A DNA stretch of 64,000 bases from Pecten maximus (lineage: Eukaryota): contig NC_047016.1 of the NCBI RefSeq assembly GCF_902652985.1, positions 51,770,001 through 51,834,000 of the forward strand. The letters are read 5' to 3'. Each line of letters starts with the position of its first letter. The first letter of the stretch is position 1. This document shows positions 24,961-39,400 of this stretch, one piece after another. The notes under the pieces are model-generated. The model saw nothing but the letters and a program-made list of their open reading frames with translations. It did no database searches and had not been told where the DNA came from. A program made the position numbers and the translations under genes.

Positions 24961-26738
24961 AGATAAAAAACCTGGGGCCTCTTCGTTTATGTGGACAAAC
25001 CGGTCAGTCAGTTTTTAAATGTAATATTTCAAAATACATCTTGAGGGACCTGCAAATGTTAATACAGGCCATGGAAGTCTTTGCCAAGGCTCGTCTGAAA
25101 ACAATATAAAATCACTAGATCCATCATTATTTCATAAACGAACAACACCAGTCCAAAACTGGTACGGTCGGTCCTTATTCAGGCCGTCATCGTGAGATAT
25201 ACATGAATGGTGCCATATTAATCGGGTTGTCCATTCATACGTAGTACTGTTGCGTCATTTACACTCGGAAATCATTCAGCAATTCTTTGAAGGATGTGCA
25301 TGCTTGTTTTGGATTACTTTGCAGGCCCAGAGGTCAAGGTCATTGTTACTATAAATGGAAATTCAGATTATTCAAAATATTTCTGGTTCTGCTGGGGAGA
25401 TATGATTTATCCTTTTCTTACTACAAGAAGTGCTTGCTTGGGATTTCAATTCAGGCCCAAAGTTTAAGGTGTTGCTTCGATATTTCCAGTTTTGTTTGGC
25501 AGATTACACTCACACTTTATCCAGTGTTTACTCAAAATAGTGCTTGTTCAAAGGTCAAGGTCATCGTAACTATGGATATAAAATCAGTTTATCCAGATTA
25601 TTTTCAGTTCTGTTTGACAAATTGTGCTTCAATTTATCCAGGGCATTCACAAAGTAAATGTTTCTTTATGATAGTTTTTTAGACTTGGATATCAAAGGTC
25701 AAGGTCTCTTACTATAAATAGAAAATCAGTTAATGCTCAATATTGTGAGTTATGTTTGGATGATCGCACTCCAACTTTATCAAGTACTTTCCTGAAGAAA
25801 TTGATTGAGATAGAGTTTCAGAGTTGCATGTTAAAGATCAAGAGGTGATCATTACTATAAATATGCAAAATATAAGTTCTGCAGGACCTGTTCTATTGCC
25901 CTCATATCCAGTAATTCCTCATAGAGTGCACTTGTTTGCAATAGCTTTTCCGCATGTAGGTAAAGGGTCATAGTTATACCACCATTTCCTAAAGATGACT
26001 CTTGGAGTAACTGTGGTAATTATAACACTGGGTTTACAGTGACACACCAGTAATTAATTTGACATGTTAAGAACAGATTTCCAGGAAATGGTGTTTTGAG
26101 TTCTGAGATTGCTAAATGTCATAATGGTTTATGCACAAATTTTGAGTAAATTACAATCAGACTTTATCCAGTTCTTTCTTGAAGAAATTAATTGCTTGAG
26201 ATAGCTTCATAGGTATGGATTTCGAAGGTCAAGGTCACTCTTACTGTATATAGAAAATCAGTTTATGCACAATATCTTTTGAGTTCTGTAGGACCAATTG
26301 CACTTGGACTTTATCCAGTACACTAAGATCTTTAAGTACTTGCTATAGATAGTTTTTTTCAGGGTTGGATGTCAAAGGTTAAGGATACTATCAATAGAAA
26401 ATTGTCTTTGAATCTGCAACACTCAGGTTAAATTCTGGTTTACAGGCACACACACAGTTTATACTGAAGTTTGTGACTGAAGGTCACCAGGTCAAAGGTC
26501 AAAAATAACCCAAAGCTCAAATTCTGTTTCTCTGAACTAGTAGACATTTTTTTTTTCTTTTTTTTTTCAGAAAATAATGTTCAACAAGATTGGTGTACTC
26601 AAAGGTCTAGGTCAAATGTCAAGGCCGTAGATGTCAAAACTATTTTCTCAGATTTGCAAATGCATCATGTACACACATATTACAATACGATTCAATTTAA
26701 ACAAAACAAACACTTGAGTAGTTCTATTGGTTAAAACA

Positions 26739-26744
26739 TTTATT
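26739..26744 (-). terminator. Candidate distal polyadenylation signal of the zinc-finger gene
   Basis: AATAAA on the minus strand followed by GT-rich gtgtttgttttgtt. It marks the edge between unique AT-rich sequence and repeat-derived DNA. Confidence 0.35.
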
Positions 26745-29700
26745 GAAATTAGTGTATAAGCATGATTTGGCTTGACATAATTCATTGATATTGAGAGGTA
26801 GAAAAATCTCTGTTTTTCAAATTGTTTGAAAATGAATTGGGAGAGGTATTTATTAGTTCAGAAAGGGCGGACTTCACTCTTTCTGTGTTACATCACCCTT
26901 TAGTGTGACAGTATGACTGTTCCCTATATAGACATCATGCCCACATCTATTAAAGGCAGCTACTATCATAAGTATCCAATGGGAGTCTATTTCTGGTAAT
27001 AAGCCCATCCATACCTATCACTTCATCAGTAAGGTGGAATGTAATTCCACTGTCCTGTAATAAGCACATTCTAATAGTCAGAAATTATGTGTTGGCCAAC
27101 AGAGCTTGTTGCAAGGAGTACACCATTGCATGCATAATCCCATATCTAAATTTCTGGGGTTGCCAATATTTGGGACTTTCAGCAATATGTATCCAGGCCT
27201 TCTAAATTATCAGAATTACCAAAATTTGGACTTCTGCAAAGTCCTGAGAAAAACTTGAATGAAAAGTACTACAACTTCACATTTGAAGGTGGTACATGTG
27301 TAAGATATAGGGCCATTAATCTGCCTAAACTTTTGTGGGCGAGCTAGCTATATAGAGAACAGCTATCATTGGATATCCGAGGAATTCCTGATAAAATGGA
27401 TTATTAATGAGGAACTGATATATGTAAAACCCTGCCTGAAGTGCGACAACCAATAAAACAATAATTTTTGTACACATGCTGATAAAAATGATAACTTGTG
27501 TAAAAAATGATGCTTAAAATATGGATGGATAATCATGCAAGAAAAGATATAGAAATTAACCTGGAAACATTTCATTTTGAAGAAATAGAAATAAAATTGA
27601 TTATAGTACAGCATGCATTACAGTTACAGTTAATAGGAAGGGGAACCCAATATACATGTTAATTAGCAACTTTTCATTTGATTTTTGGAAATTGAAACAA
27701 AACTGAGGGGAGGGATTGTACTTGAAAGATCAGTGAATAAAATGTGCACTTTTATCACAAAATAAAGGCATATATATATATATAATGTTACTGTACAATC
27801 AGATCACTGTCCTTCGGAATGTTTTCTTTGAGTAATAAAACATCTTCACACCATTGTTAACAAATTTAACAACTTTAGATTCCATTAATTCACACTTCTC
27901 TAATCTAGATTTTTGCTCAAATTACGCTTTTGTAATGATTAGTTTTTATCGTGATGAACCCTCTCAGGTGAAATGGAGACTATGGTGTTAAGAATGAGAA
28001 TGGCGTATATATACTAGTTCACCACTACAGTACACGCTGTTAGTTCTACATACAATGGACCTTTATATATGTAATACTATATATATATATAACAGTTTGT
28101 TGGTGCCACCGTCACTAAACGAGACCTTGAACGATGGTCACATGACTCATACCAAATATATACAATCACACAGGTAGATGTACAGCAACAAACTTAACAA
28201 TTACGGAATCTGGTATAAAAGCTTCATAATATACCCCAGGCTAACGGATCTGGTATAAAAGCTTCATAATATACCCCTGGCTAACGAGAAAACTGTGATG
28301 TCTCGAATAATATAATTCACACTTCCACTAATCTTTAAAATAAGTGTCTGTAATGCCGTCATTAGTAAGTGTTGGTTATTAAAGGCTAATTCATGTTGAT
28401 GAACAGTGATAATGTTAAAAGAAAATGAAATTCCATTGCAGATGTTGATGATTTTGATATGATACATTATAATAAAAATAAACATTGGTATTGTGCTATT
28501 CTATAATATCTTAATAATAACAAAATATCAATTTGGAAATGTTAACTTTTCTACTTTCAGCATCACACAAAATGCTCCCACTTAAAATAAAACTGATCCT
28601 TTTACAAAACAGACATCAATCTTCCTGCTCCTTTCAAAGAGTTTAAAATCAATGATTATCTGGCTTAGGAAATTTATCAATCTTAAAAATAGAATGATAA
28701 ACTCAACTGTGACAGGCATTTGAAATACATTTGTACCTAAAACACTGTTTTGTATAACAATTATAATTTATCATTCAGCAGTTTCATTTCTCTGGCTTGA
28801 GTTCAGTTTCTAGTCTACAAACACCAGAGGTGTAAATCCAGGCCACCTGCAGATCGCAAAGGCATAAAACGCATTGACAAGTCGCATATCAAATAAGTAA
28901 ACATGGCAAATACCATGACTTATATATATATAGCCTGATGTGTAACTTATTACTGTCTTAGATTGATGTGTTTAGTTCCAGAAAAATAACTGAAACAGGA
29001 GAAGTACAATACAATACAGACGGATGAAGATTTGAACCCAGGAACCCAAAAATCTACGATAAAAGCTCAAACCAAATGAGCTGTCCCGTCAAGACGAAAT
29101 CATACTACTTACGAATCATTGTTGTTTTAATTATGTAACAAAAAGGGTGTTTATCAATCTACTAGTCTAAGAGAATGCAAAATATAAATTAGGCATTCAG
29201 TTCATCCATATTTGCTTAATATATACCACTCACTTTCCAAGGATGATTGTTACGGAGGTATCAGAACAGAAGTGGAAAAGTGGATTTACCACAGAGACTG
29301 AATCCATGATAAAATCATCCCTGTTAATTATAACATCCACAGAACTTTGAAGACTTTAACAACAAAACACTATACTGTACTAGAACTGATATAGGTAGAT
29401 TCTATACAATCCTCTAGATAAAATCCTTAATAGAACAAAATAAAATTCAACAATAAAACATCCTACAAGATGGCTGAATAATAGAATTGCCCACCTAAGT
29501 TCCTATCATACTAATTTATACTTATGTAGCATCAACCAATTCTCAGTTACCTGGCCAACACGTAATAAAACATATTTTCCATTGCTTAAATACAATTAAC
29601 TTTCTTTGTTTTTACAGTAATCATTAATGAAACGCCCTGAGAACGTTTTAGATGGTTCGACTTTTCAGCTTTACCGAAAGAATACCTAAAGTAAAATGTA

Positions 29701-32700
29701 CCTTTTCGCAAAAATTTCACTTACCGGGTAAACAGAATTATTCAGAGCATTAAATAAGATTTTGCAACATTATCAGTTCTTGATAAGAGCATAGAAAATA
29801 TGATACCTCTTTATCAAAAATTTACGGCATCTTTGGGTTCCTTCTTCACATGTCCCTCTTCAACATGCATCTGTTAGATTTTTATAATGCCAAAATTTGC
29901 TGGGCAAAAACAGTGGAGGTATAGCATGGTCTAGTTCTATTTAAATCCAAACTGTTTACCTAAAGTACCTGTTTTTTAACCAAAGCCTATCCATTACTGC
30001 AGAAATGATCTATTTACAATTATAGACTATATAAACATAACTTGCACAACATGATTGATAATAACAGAATTTGATAAACAGTTTTTAACCCACAACAGTC
30101 TAAACACTTAACTGAGAAATGGGTAGAATATGAGAAATCTTTATCATAAAAACTAAGAATTTTGTTCAATTAAAGGAGAAACTGGCACAATGTCCTGCAA
30201 TACATGCATCGCTTGTTATTTAAAATCAAATTATTGACATAAAAGCATATTTATACGTTTATACTGCTTTCCTTCAGGTTTTGAACTTAATTAATCTTAG
30301 CATTGTCTGCTTAATTTCTATCAGATTAAATAATCAAAACAAGGACTTTTATTACAAATCACAAGTCTAGTCATTGCTGGGGTAGTTCAACTGCCATTGA
30401 ATCAATCTGATGGTGCTTTAGGTTGATAACAGGTCAGAAGTCAAAACTAACTACCAGCCTCTCAAGTGTTTAGGAGAGGTTTTCTTTATAATTTGGAACG
30501 TTACACACTATACAATTCCAAAATGGAATGAATCCCTTACTAACAGTAGTTTTGGTAAAAATGGCTAAAGATTCAAATTTTATGCATGAGCAAATTTAGA
30601 TTGAATATAGGCAATATATTGGAAAGTTCCACAAAAGCGATGATAACATCATAGAAAGAAGAAAAAAATTGCTTTGTTCAATCATTTTTTGACAGTATCT
30701 GATATCAACCTTAAAGAAATTCCCAAAATCATTTCATGGGGAATTCAGTCAGGGGAGACAACCCATTTCCTTGCAATATTTTCAGTTTAAAATATAGACT
30801 GTACATATCCATTGTCAGATAAAAATACTTGGATCATTTATCACAACTATTGTTAACTACGAAACCATTTATATACAGAAATATACAGAATTCATTTCAT
30901 TACCTGGCAATTTCATCTGAAATGATTGAATTCTAATTACAAAATAAATTCAAGTTTAAAATAACAAAACAACTTTGTACAACATGGTCCATAAAGGTAT
31001 ATATAAGAATTAATTGAGAGCTACACTAAAACACTAATCAACGTATGTATATAGATATCATGTTGACAGTAATTAAACAAAACACAATTGTGAAACGGTA
31101 TGTTTTCACGGGAATCGCCATACAGCCCAACAAATAACAGACAACACAAGTATGCTACATAAACTCTGTGAATAATAAAACAATTCATATAATTCATAAT
31201 ATCACGTGTTGAAGGACCCAGAATCATTGGTCCAGAGAGTGTGCCAGAGTGGCATGCTGGGTCATCTTAAAGGAGTCAAATGTAACGGAAAACGACATTT
31301 AATTATCTTAAATCAAGATGTCTGCAACTAACTGGCCTGTCAATTCATAATTCACCAAAACTTCCCACCCATCCCCTGTGAACAATCCAGATAAATTTAG
31401 GCATTATTTTTGTTTCAAAAGGTCTTCCAATTTCAAATCCTGCAAATGGTTCATTAAGTAACTATAAAAATCTTAATGCAAAATTTCTAGTGCAATGATA
31501 ACAGAAAGTATCTGAGATAATCTAGTATTATACAGACAGTGAACACTTTTAAAAAAAGGAAATTCTAGAAGTTCACCAAAATGTTGAAGATTAAGTCATG
31601 ACTACATGTGTATCTAAATCTACAAAGAAACTGCTAGAAAGAGATATAAATGCAGACACATACAAAATATAACATTCAATTTGGAATTTATTGTGACAAA
31701 AATAACTGGACTGCTTTTCCATAAGTATAATGTCAATAGATATTTCAACAATTGGAATGATCAAATCAAACAAGATTAATAATTTTAGCTTTATGACACA
31801 CCAAGGTCATATTTACCCTCATCAACAGTCGTTTAAGATGTTTTAATCATTAAAACAAACAACAGATTCTATACTGAGGCAGTGATTACTGCCATATTAC
31901 AAAACTCCATTTTTTAGAACTACTGCTAATAACAAAATAATACATAACAAATATGTAACAAAGTTTGGTCCCCCATACCATTGTATGGAAACATTAAAAT
32001 GGCCCCAGTTTATAATATAGAGAAATATTCATCACAATTTAATCAATCAACATGTACTTAAATGCAAAAATATTGGTCTTTTATTGTTGAAATTCCAAAA
32101 AAGAGAGATAATTCAACAAAGTTCACAGAAAAAAAAAGAAAAAAAAATCAACGATATGAAAACAAAATCTGGTCCTTTGTAACACTGTATACATATATAA
32201 AACGATCCAATTTTAAACCATTCATTATACGGTAGAGAAGCATTAATCACAACTTAAACACACATTTCAATGCAAGAAATAATCTTGGTCTACTTACTGT
32301 TTTGGAAATAATCTAACAAAAAAAAATAATTCAACATTGGTCCCAAATGGATAAATTGAAGATTTCCATTATCTTGTGGTCACACAGTCAACATAAGATG
32401 TTTATAATAAAAGTTATCTTCTGTATTTTATGTCAGTGATTTTCTATTTTTGTTCATTTAAATAGGACAAGAGTTATTGGCCTTTGTTTGGGGGTTTAGG
32501 CAGGTGGGGATGGGTGATTTTGTGTTTGAGATCATGTTCTAACTGGTTAGACCAATTTTCTACTTTTATGAGTATGGGAAAACCTTAATTTCTAGCAAGG
32601 CCTCCCTAAGATTTCAAAGGTTCAAATATCTGAAATTAATGGTATATGCTATACCTAAAGCTACATGAACCAGTTGTTATAGATACTGAAAGGCCCCTAG

Positions 32701-33490
32701 TGATAACTGTATGTTTACTAAGAAGTGATTTCATTGGCTAAAGAGATATGTCAGGTGCTCAATCGTAGTACAGTTTATATAATTGATTTCTGCACTTTAT
32801 AATCGGATGCAATTGTTTTTTATGTACATATATATATATATCAAGATTTTTTTCGTGATGCAATAAGTCTGTATTTACAAAATATCTGTATAGTATTTAA
32901 AAGAATAAATGGTCCACATAATAATATAAAAAACAATATGTTAACAAAACAATAGCAAATTCACAAAATTAAGTTGAGCATGCTTTTCACATAGTTAATC
33001 CCAATGTACATCAATGCCTCCATGTCAATTAAAAAGATCCCAGCGATGCTGCGTACGATAAACATCCTCTTGGCCATAGCACACACTCCCATATATCTCA
33101 AAACACGTCCGCTAGTGGTAAAAGTAACAAGTTAAAACTTCTTCAAATTCAGCACATCGTAATTACCTCCCTTTATATGTTGAATTTTTGACAAAAGACA
33201 CACTTTTCTTTGTATTTCCATTATTCATGATTTTTGTTTGTGCTGTAAATCTCATCTTTCTGAGGTATCCTTTCCGTTTTCAACACAACATATCAACTTT
33301 GAAATAACCAAGTTATGTGTCGTGTAACATAAATTGGTACATGTCCTGACGTTGATTTCTCAATTGGATTTTCACCTAGATGTATCATCTCTGATTGTTA
33401 GTGTACTTTAGAGGTATAATTGGCATGTGTTAACTCAAAGATCATATATATATAGCAAATTCTTCTAGTCTCTAAATTTGGTGAAATGAA

Positions 33491-36400
33491 TCAACTGAAA
33501 TCGGAAGTATCCTCAAACTTTGTAACTTTGACAATACAATTGCCGTCAAGGTGTTTCTCTAGATTCTTCTGTGTGACAAAACCCTCGCCGCAGTGGTTAC
33601 ACTCGTTGCGAGACTTGAGGATGTGAATTTGGGACTTCATGTGGCGGTTCAGATCCGACTGTGTTACTCCCTTATAATTACACACCTTGCAACAGAACTC
33701 CCGTATACCTACAAAAGACATATACCCTCTGTTATATATTTGGCAAAACAACTTTTGATTTTTGTCTAAAAATCAGATGATCACTTAAATTCACATAATA
33801 TCTTGCTGAACATTCCATTTGAAGTATTTTGTTTATAAATTTCATTAGTAAAATATCATTTTCAAGATTTCAAACTTCACATTCTTATACATGAAATTGT
33901 AATTGTAAACATACTGTTTATACTTTGGGGCTCTCAAATTGTGTACTTTCATGAATACAGATAAGAACAATAATGTATTGGCAAATGTTTATTGACTGTG
34001 ATAGAATCTGCATTTAGTGTTATAATAACTTAGTAAAATACTTTCAGTGTGAAAAGCCCCAAAGTTTGTTTTTGCCTCTATAATACGTACATCTCGAGTA
34101 TGTATAAGAGAGAAAAGCAATCTGTTATCCAATAAAATTGTCCCCTACCTTGATGCCTCATCATGTGGACCTTGAGTTGGCTATTAGTGCGAGCAAAATA
34201 GTCACAGTATTTGCATTTGTATGGTCGGATATCTGTCAAAAGAACAACAGATTTTAGCAAATAATTTACAACAATTATAGATATGACAGGTTCAAACACA
34301 CATCCTGTTCATAATTTTGGCCATAATTTTTGACATGTTGTATGCAAACACCTGTCCAATGTGTTTTGATCTAAATATCTAATTCTAAATTAAAATTAAA
34401 CCACAATGTGCAGGCTGATATATGTACTATGGTCAAAACATAAATTTGTCAAAGTTTCTATGATCTTTTCTAAGGCCTAACAACCTGCCCAGTGGAAATT
34501 ATAAAACAATGAAGTAGGATAGAGCAAATCTCCTGGACAGCTGGGTCTATTCAGAAACCTAGCAGACATTCTAAACTGATAGTATGTAGGGAGGCTAACA
34601 ATCTAAAACATTTAAATGAGAAAATATTTATAACAAAATGGCAAACTGTCAATCAAGTTTCATGTTTTCATATCTATTTTTGATGGAGAGAACCAAGAAA
34701 ACATGAAGGTGAGTCAAGTTCACAGTGTACAAGGAAATACAGTTGGAATGTGATTTGAGCAGGCCACCATAAGATATGTAGACTAATATTACACATGATA
34801 AAATGGCATGGTTTTTATACCTTCATGGAAGTCCATATGTCTGTTGATGTCAGAGTATGAGAGGAAGTCTTTACTACAGAACGGACATCTGTACACCTGG
34901 CGACCATCGGTCAAGGTCATTGGCTTACATACTTTGTCCCTGTTGACCGGAGCATTCACAATGGGTAGTCTGAGAAGTGAGAAAATTGATGTTAGTGATA
35001 ATAATCAACTGTGAAGGGAAATAACTGGATTATCTCCCCTAGATGTGTGTTGATCAATCTGATCAATTTATTGTAAATATTTTACTCTGTTACACAAGTT
35101 AAAGGATTTCCATAGGATAACTTCCATCATCTTAAACATAAGCGATGCAAACAATTGGCTTGTAATTGTTGATAAAAGTGAAGAAATTAATATAGATTTA
35201 AATAGTAAAAAATATTCCTGATTTTGAATATATTATTTATGGAAATAATTTGGCATAAAAGAGATAGATATTGATATATTTGAATTATATATACAAAATA
35301 TTTAACAAAAATTACGAAGAAATATGTACCTTGAGTGTGTGCGAGAAAGGGAGGTAACTTTGCGCCCGTCAGCAGAGATCTGGCTCCATGTGAAGCCGGA
35401 ACACGAGGTAGGTGGTGTTTCGTTTGGCGACCACTGGACACGAGGGAATCCGACCAATGTGTCCCGGTCACTGCCCTCTGTGTTGGCAGGGGAGGGATCT
35501 GAAGACAGAGGGGTGGAGCTATCTGAGGGTGCTGAGTCCTTGCCTGAAATTTGATTGGCTGAGTTTGCGACCTGCACCATACCGATGATGTTGCCAGGAA
35601 TGGGGGAAGGGAAGGCTGAGTTGGAAAGAAGCATCATGGGCTGTGGCTGACCTGAAGTAGATCCACTACCGCTAGTCAGAATCATCTGGCCGGGGTTCAT
35701 CACAAACTGAGCCACTTGGGGATTTGCGTTGACGAGGTTAGATGTTGCTGAAGTAGATGTGGAAGGCACATCAGCTGTAGGGGAAAGTGGTTCCTGTTTG
35801 ATCTGTACACCACCAGGGAGTTCTATTCTTCCAGGTAAGTTCGCTACAGCAGCTCGGGCCGCCTCACCGTTGATGAGGAGTCGGGTAGGGATTTGGATCG
35901 GAACACGGGCAGCAGATGTTGCAGGGGCCGGAATTGACACCTGCAATGGAGCTGGAGGTGGGATGGAGGCATTATGGAGCTTGACAGGTTGAGATGACTT
36001 GCGTTTGGACTTATTCATTTCCTTTCCTACTGAGCGCCTCGGTAACACAGGAGTAATTATCCCATCTTGGCTGTTTGCCTCGCTGCTCTCCTCGGAATCC
36101 CGTTCTGACCACACATCCAACAAACGTGGACCGCCATCAACCTCTGTGTCATCGTCAGGGCCACAAGGCATCACCACAGTGACATCCTCTTGTATACCTT
36201 CCTTGATGAGTAACTCTCGTGCACGTTCCTCTTGTGACTGGCGTGTAGTGTCATCAACCTCTGTGTCAGATTTTGGACCCGCCTTCTTACTTAGGAGGTT
36301 TGATAAAAGTGAGTGCTTGGTAGAAGCTTTGATATGGGGTTTAAGTGTCTGGTGGCTGTCTCGGAGCCCGTGGAACAGAGCTAGATGTTGACGCAGAGCC

Positions 36401-39400
36401 GTGAACTCTGAGAAACCCTTGCCACACTCCTGACAATAGCACTGTTTGTGTCCACTATGTATCTTGATATGTTTGAGCAGGGAAATCTCCCTATGGAATG
36501 ACTTGCGACACACTAGGCAAACATACGAACCATTGCTGTTCTTTCGATATTTCAATCCACGCCAGAACCGGCACAACATCTCATTTTCACGATCCTCGCT
36601 ATCTTTCTTAAATATATCATCCTTGTCAGACTTGCCCTCAACTGGAGATGAACTACCTTCTCTCTCATCACTGTTCTCATCGTTACCTTCTGATTTCACC
36701 TGAATTCCTGAATCCATGTCAGAGTTCGACGTGTCGTTGTCGGCGTCGTTATTTTTACACTCGTTCTGTTGTCTTTTACTTGCATTGTCTACCTCCGACG
36801 GATGTCTTTTCCTTATATGTTGCATCACTTGGTTCTTAAACCAGAATGAGGCTTTACATAACTGGCACTGAAAAATCACAATATCTTTTTCAAAATGCAT
36901 TGACAAGTGGCACTGCACCTTACTTAAGTAATTAAACACCTTTCCACACAAGTAACACTTGTACAGGCACATGTCTTTACCGTTGGAAAGATTAACACCA
37001 TCCAATCGAGTGATGAGTACCGTCTCGTTCCTGATGCTGATTCTATTTTTAGTAAAATGAGACCCATGAATGATCTCTGCCCCGACCATACTGGATCCAT
37101 CTTTGATCATTTCTGTGATGTCTGGTGGGTCCATACTGTCAGAATTTTCCAACAAGTTTTTTGAGTTGGCCGACAGGTCAGTATTAGCCAACATCCCCTG
37201 ATTTTCGTTTGGTGCCTTATGTTTGAACAACCCTGTTGATTCATCTAACTCTACTTCACCATCCTGAAACGAGCTGGTGTAGCCACAACTGTAAAAGACT
37301 TTATTTCCCTTTTCCACTGTATAACTGTCTAAGTTTGGTATGGATGACGTTTCGTCAGAGTCACCATCTTCCATGTCCACCTCGGAGCCATTGGAAATTA
37401 TAGGTTTTGGAGTGTTCTCTACGTTTTGGTGAGCCATTTTGGTTGCTAGGGAGTGTAGATTGCTTTGTTTTTTCAGTCGGAGAAAGCGTTCCTCCAGCCC
37501 CGGACTCAGCTCGATGTCAAATCCGTGTGCTGACTTCTTGTGGTACAACATGCTGTTCTTGGCACGAAATGGTTTTCCACATATCTGTAAGGAAAAAGAC
37601 GTTTCATTAAGATATTAATTAAGGTAATATCAGGGATCATTGTAGGGCGAGCTCTAGGGATTTTCCCCCATAGTTTTCCAGAAAATCTTAATAATTTTTT
37701 TTTTTTTTTCTCAAGTTTATAACAATGCGGTTGACATTGAAAAATAAGGATTATAAAGTTGTGCCAACAAGTTCAAGGGAGTAAACAATGTATGCATTTC
37801 AAAACCCTATCATCAGTTTTTGCCAAAATAAAACAACATAACTTAAAAATATTTTGAAAACTTTTACTTTTAAATGCATACATTGTTTACTCCCTCGAAC
37901 TTAATGAATTTTTGAAAGTGTATAACTTTACGCAGATCTACTACCTGTAAAATCCCCAAAATCATCTCTGCTGAATATATAACTTTTATTGTACAAAAAA
38001 TTAAAATGTGTGTACAAAAGATCATAATTAAGATGGAAAATGAATAAAGAGTTGAAACAGATAACAGACAAGTTTGGTCCTACAGCTCAAGTTCTGTCCC
38101 TACAGCTCCAGGCTATGGCCATAGAGTAAGTTCTGTCCTACAGCTCCAGGCTATGGCCATAGAGTAAGTTCTGTCCTACAGCTCAAGTTCTGTCCTACAG
38201 CTCCAGGCTATGGCCATAGAGTAAGTTCTGTCCCTACAGCTCCAGGCTATGGCCATAGAGTAAGTTCTGTCCTACAGCTCCAGGCTATGGCCATAGAGTA
38301 AGTTCTGTCCTACAGCTCAGCTAGGCCTAGTATTCTTGTCCTACAGCTCCAGGCTATGGCCATAGAGTAAGTTCTGTCCCTACAGCTCCAGGCTATGGCC
38401 ATAGAGTAAGTTCTGTCCCTACAGCTCCAGGCTATGGCCATAGAGTAAGTTCTGTCCTACAGCTCCAGGCTATGGCCATAGAGTAAGTTCTGTCCTACAG
38501 CTCCAGGCTATGGCCATAGAGTAAGTTTCTGTCCCTACAGCTCCAGGCTATGGCCATAGAGTAAGTTCTGTCCCTACAGCTCCAGGCTATGGCCATAGAG
38601 TAAGTTCTGTCCCTACAGCTCCAGGCTATGGCCATAGAGTAAGTTCTGTCCTACAGCTCCAGGCTATGGCCATAGAGTAAGTTCTGTCCTACAGCTCCAG
38701 GCTATGGCCATAGAGTAAGTTCTGTCCTACAGCTCCAGGCTATGGCCATAGAGTAAGTTCTGTCCCTACAGCTCCAGGCTATGGCCATAGAGTAAGTTCT
38801 GTCCCTACAGCTCCAGGCTATGGCCATAGAGTAAGTTCTGTCCCTACAGCTCCAGGCTATGGCCATAGAGTAAGTTCTGTCCTACAGCTCCAGGCTATGG
38901 CCATAGAGTAAGTTCTGTCCCTACAGCTCCAGGCTATGGCCATAGAGTAAGTTCTGTCCTACAGCTCAAGGATTTGTCCTTCAATTTATTTATTTTATGA
39001 AAGTCTAGGGAAGCTATAGTGATTGTCAGTTTGTATTATGGTTTGCATTATTATTTAAACATTTATTTCAAACCTGATGCATGCATTACACACATTAAAA
39101 TCATGACATAAAGACACTAGTCATTGATATTTACATCACTGCCACACACATTACACTTTCTGTGTGAATAATCGCACCACACTTTCTGTGTGAATACTCA
39201 CATCACACTTTCTGTGTGAATACTCACATCACATTTTCTGTGTGAATACTCGCACCACACTTTCTGTGTGAATACTCGCACCACACTTTCTGTGTGAATA
39301 CTCACACCACACTTTCTGTGTGAATACTCACACCACACTTTCTGTGTGAATACTCACACCACACTTTCTGTGTGAATACTCACATCACACTTTCTGTGGG

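Noticed and set aside
25287-26650. 131-aa ORF and recurring aaggtcaaggtca motifs (nuclear-receptor-like sites)
   Set aside because: Looks like a decayed interspersed repeat with internal subrepeats; there is no protein similarity I can recognise and the boundaries are unclear.
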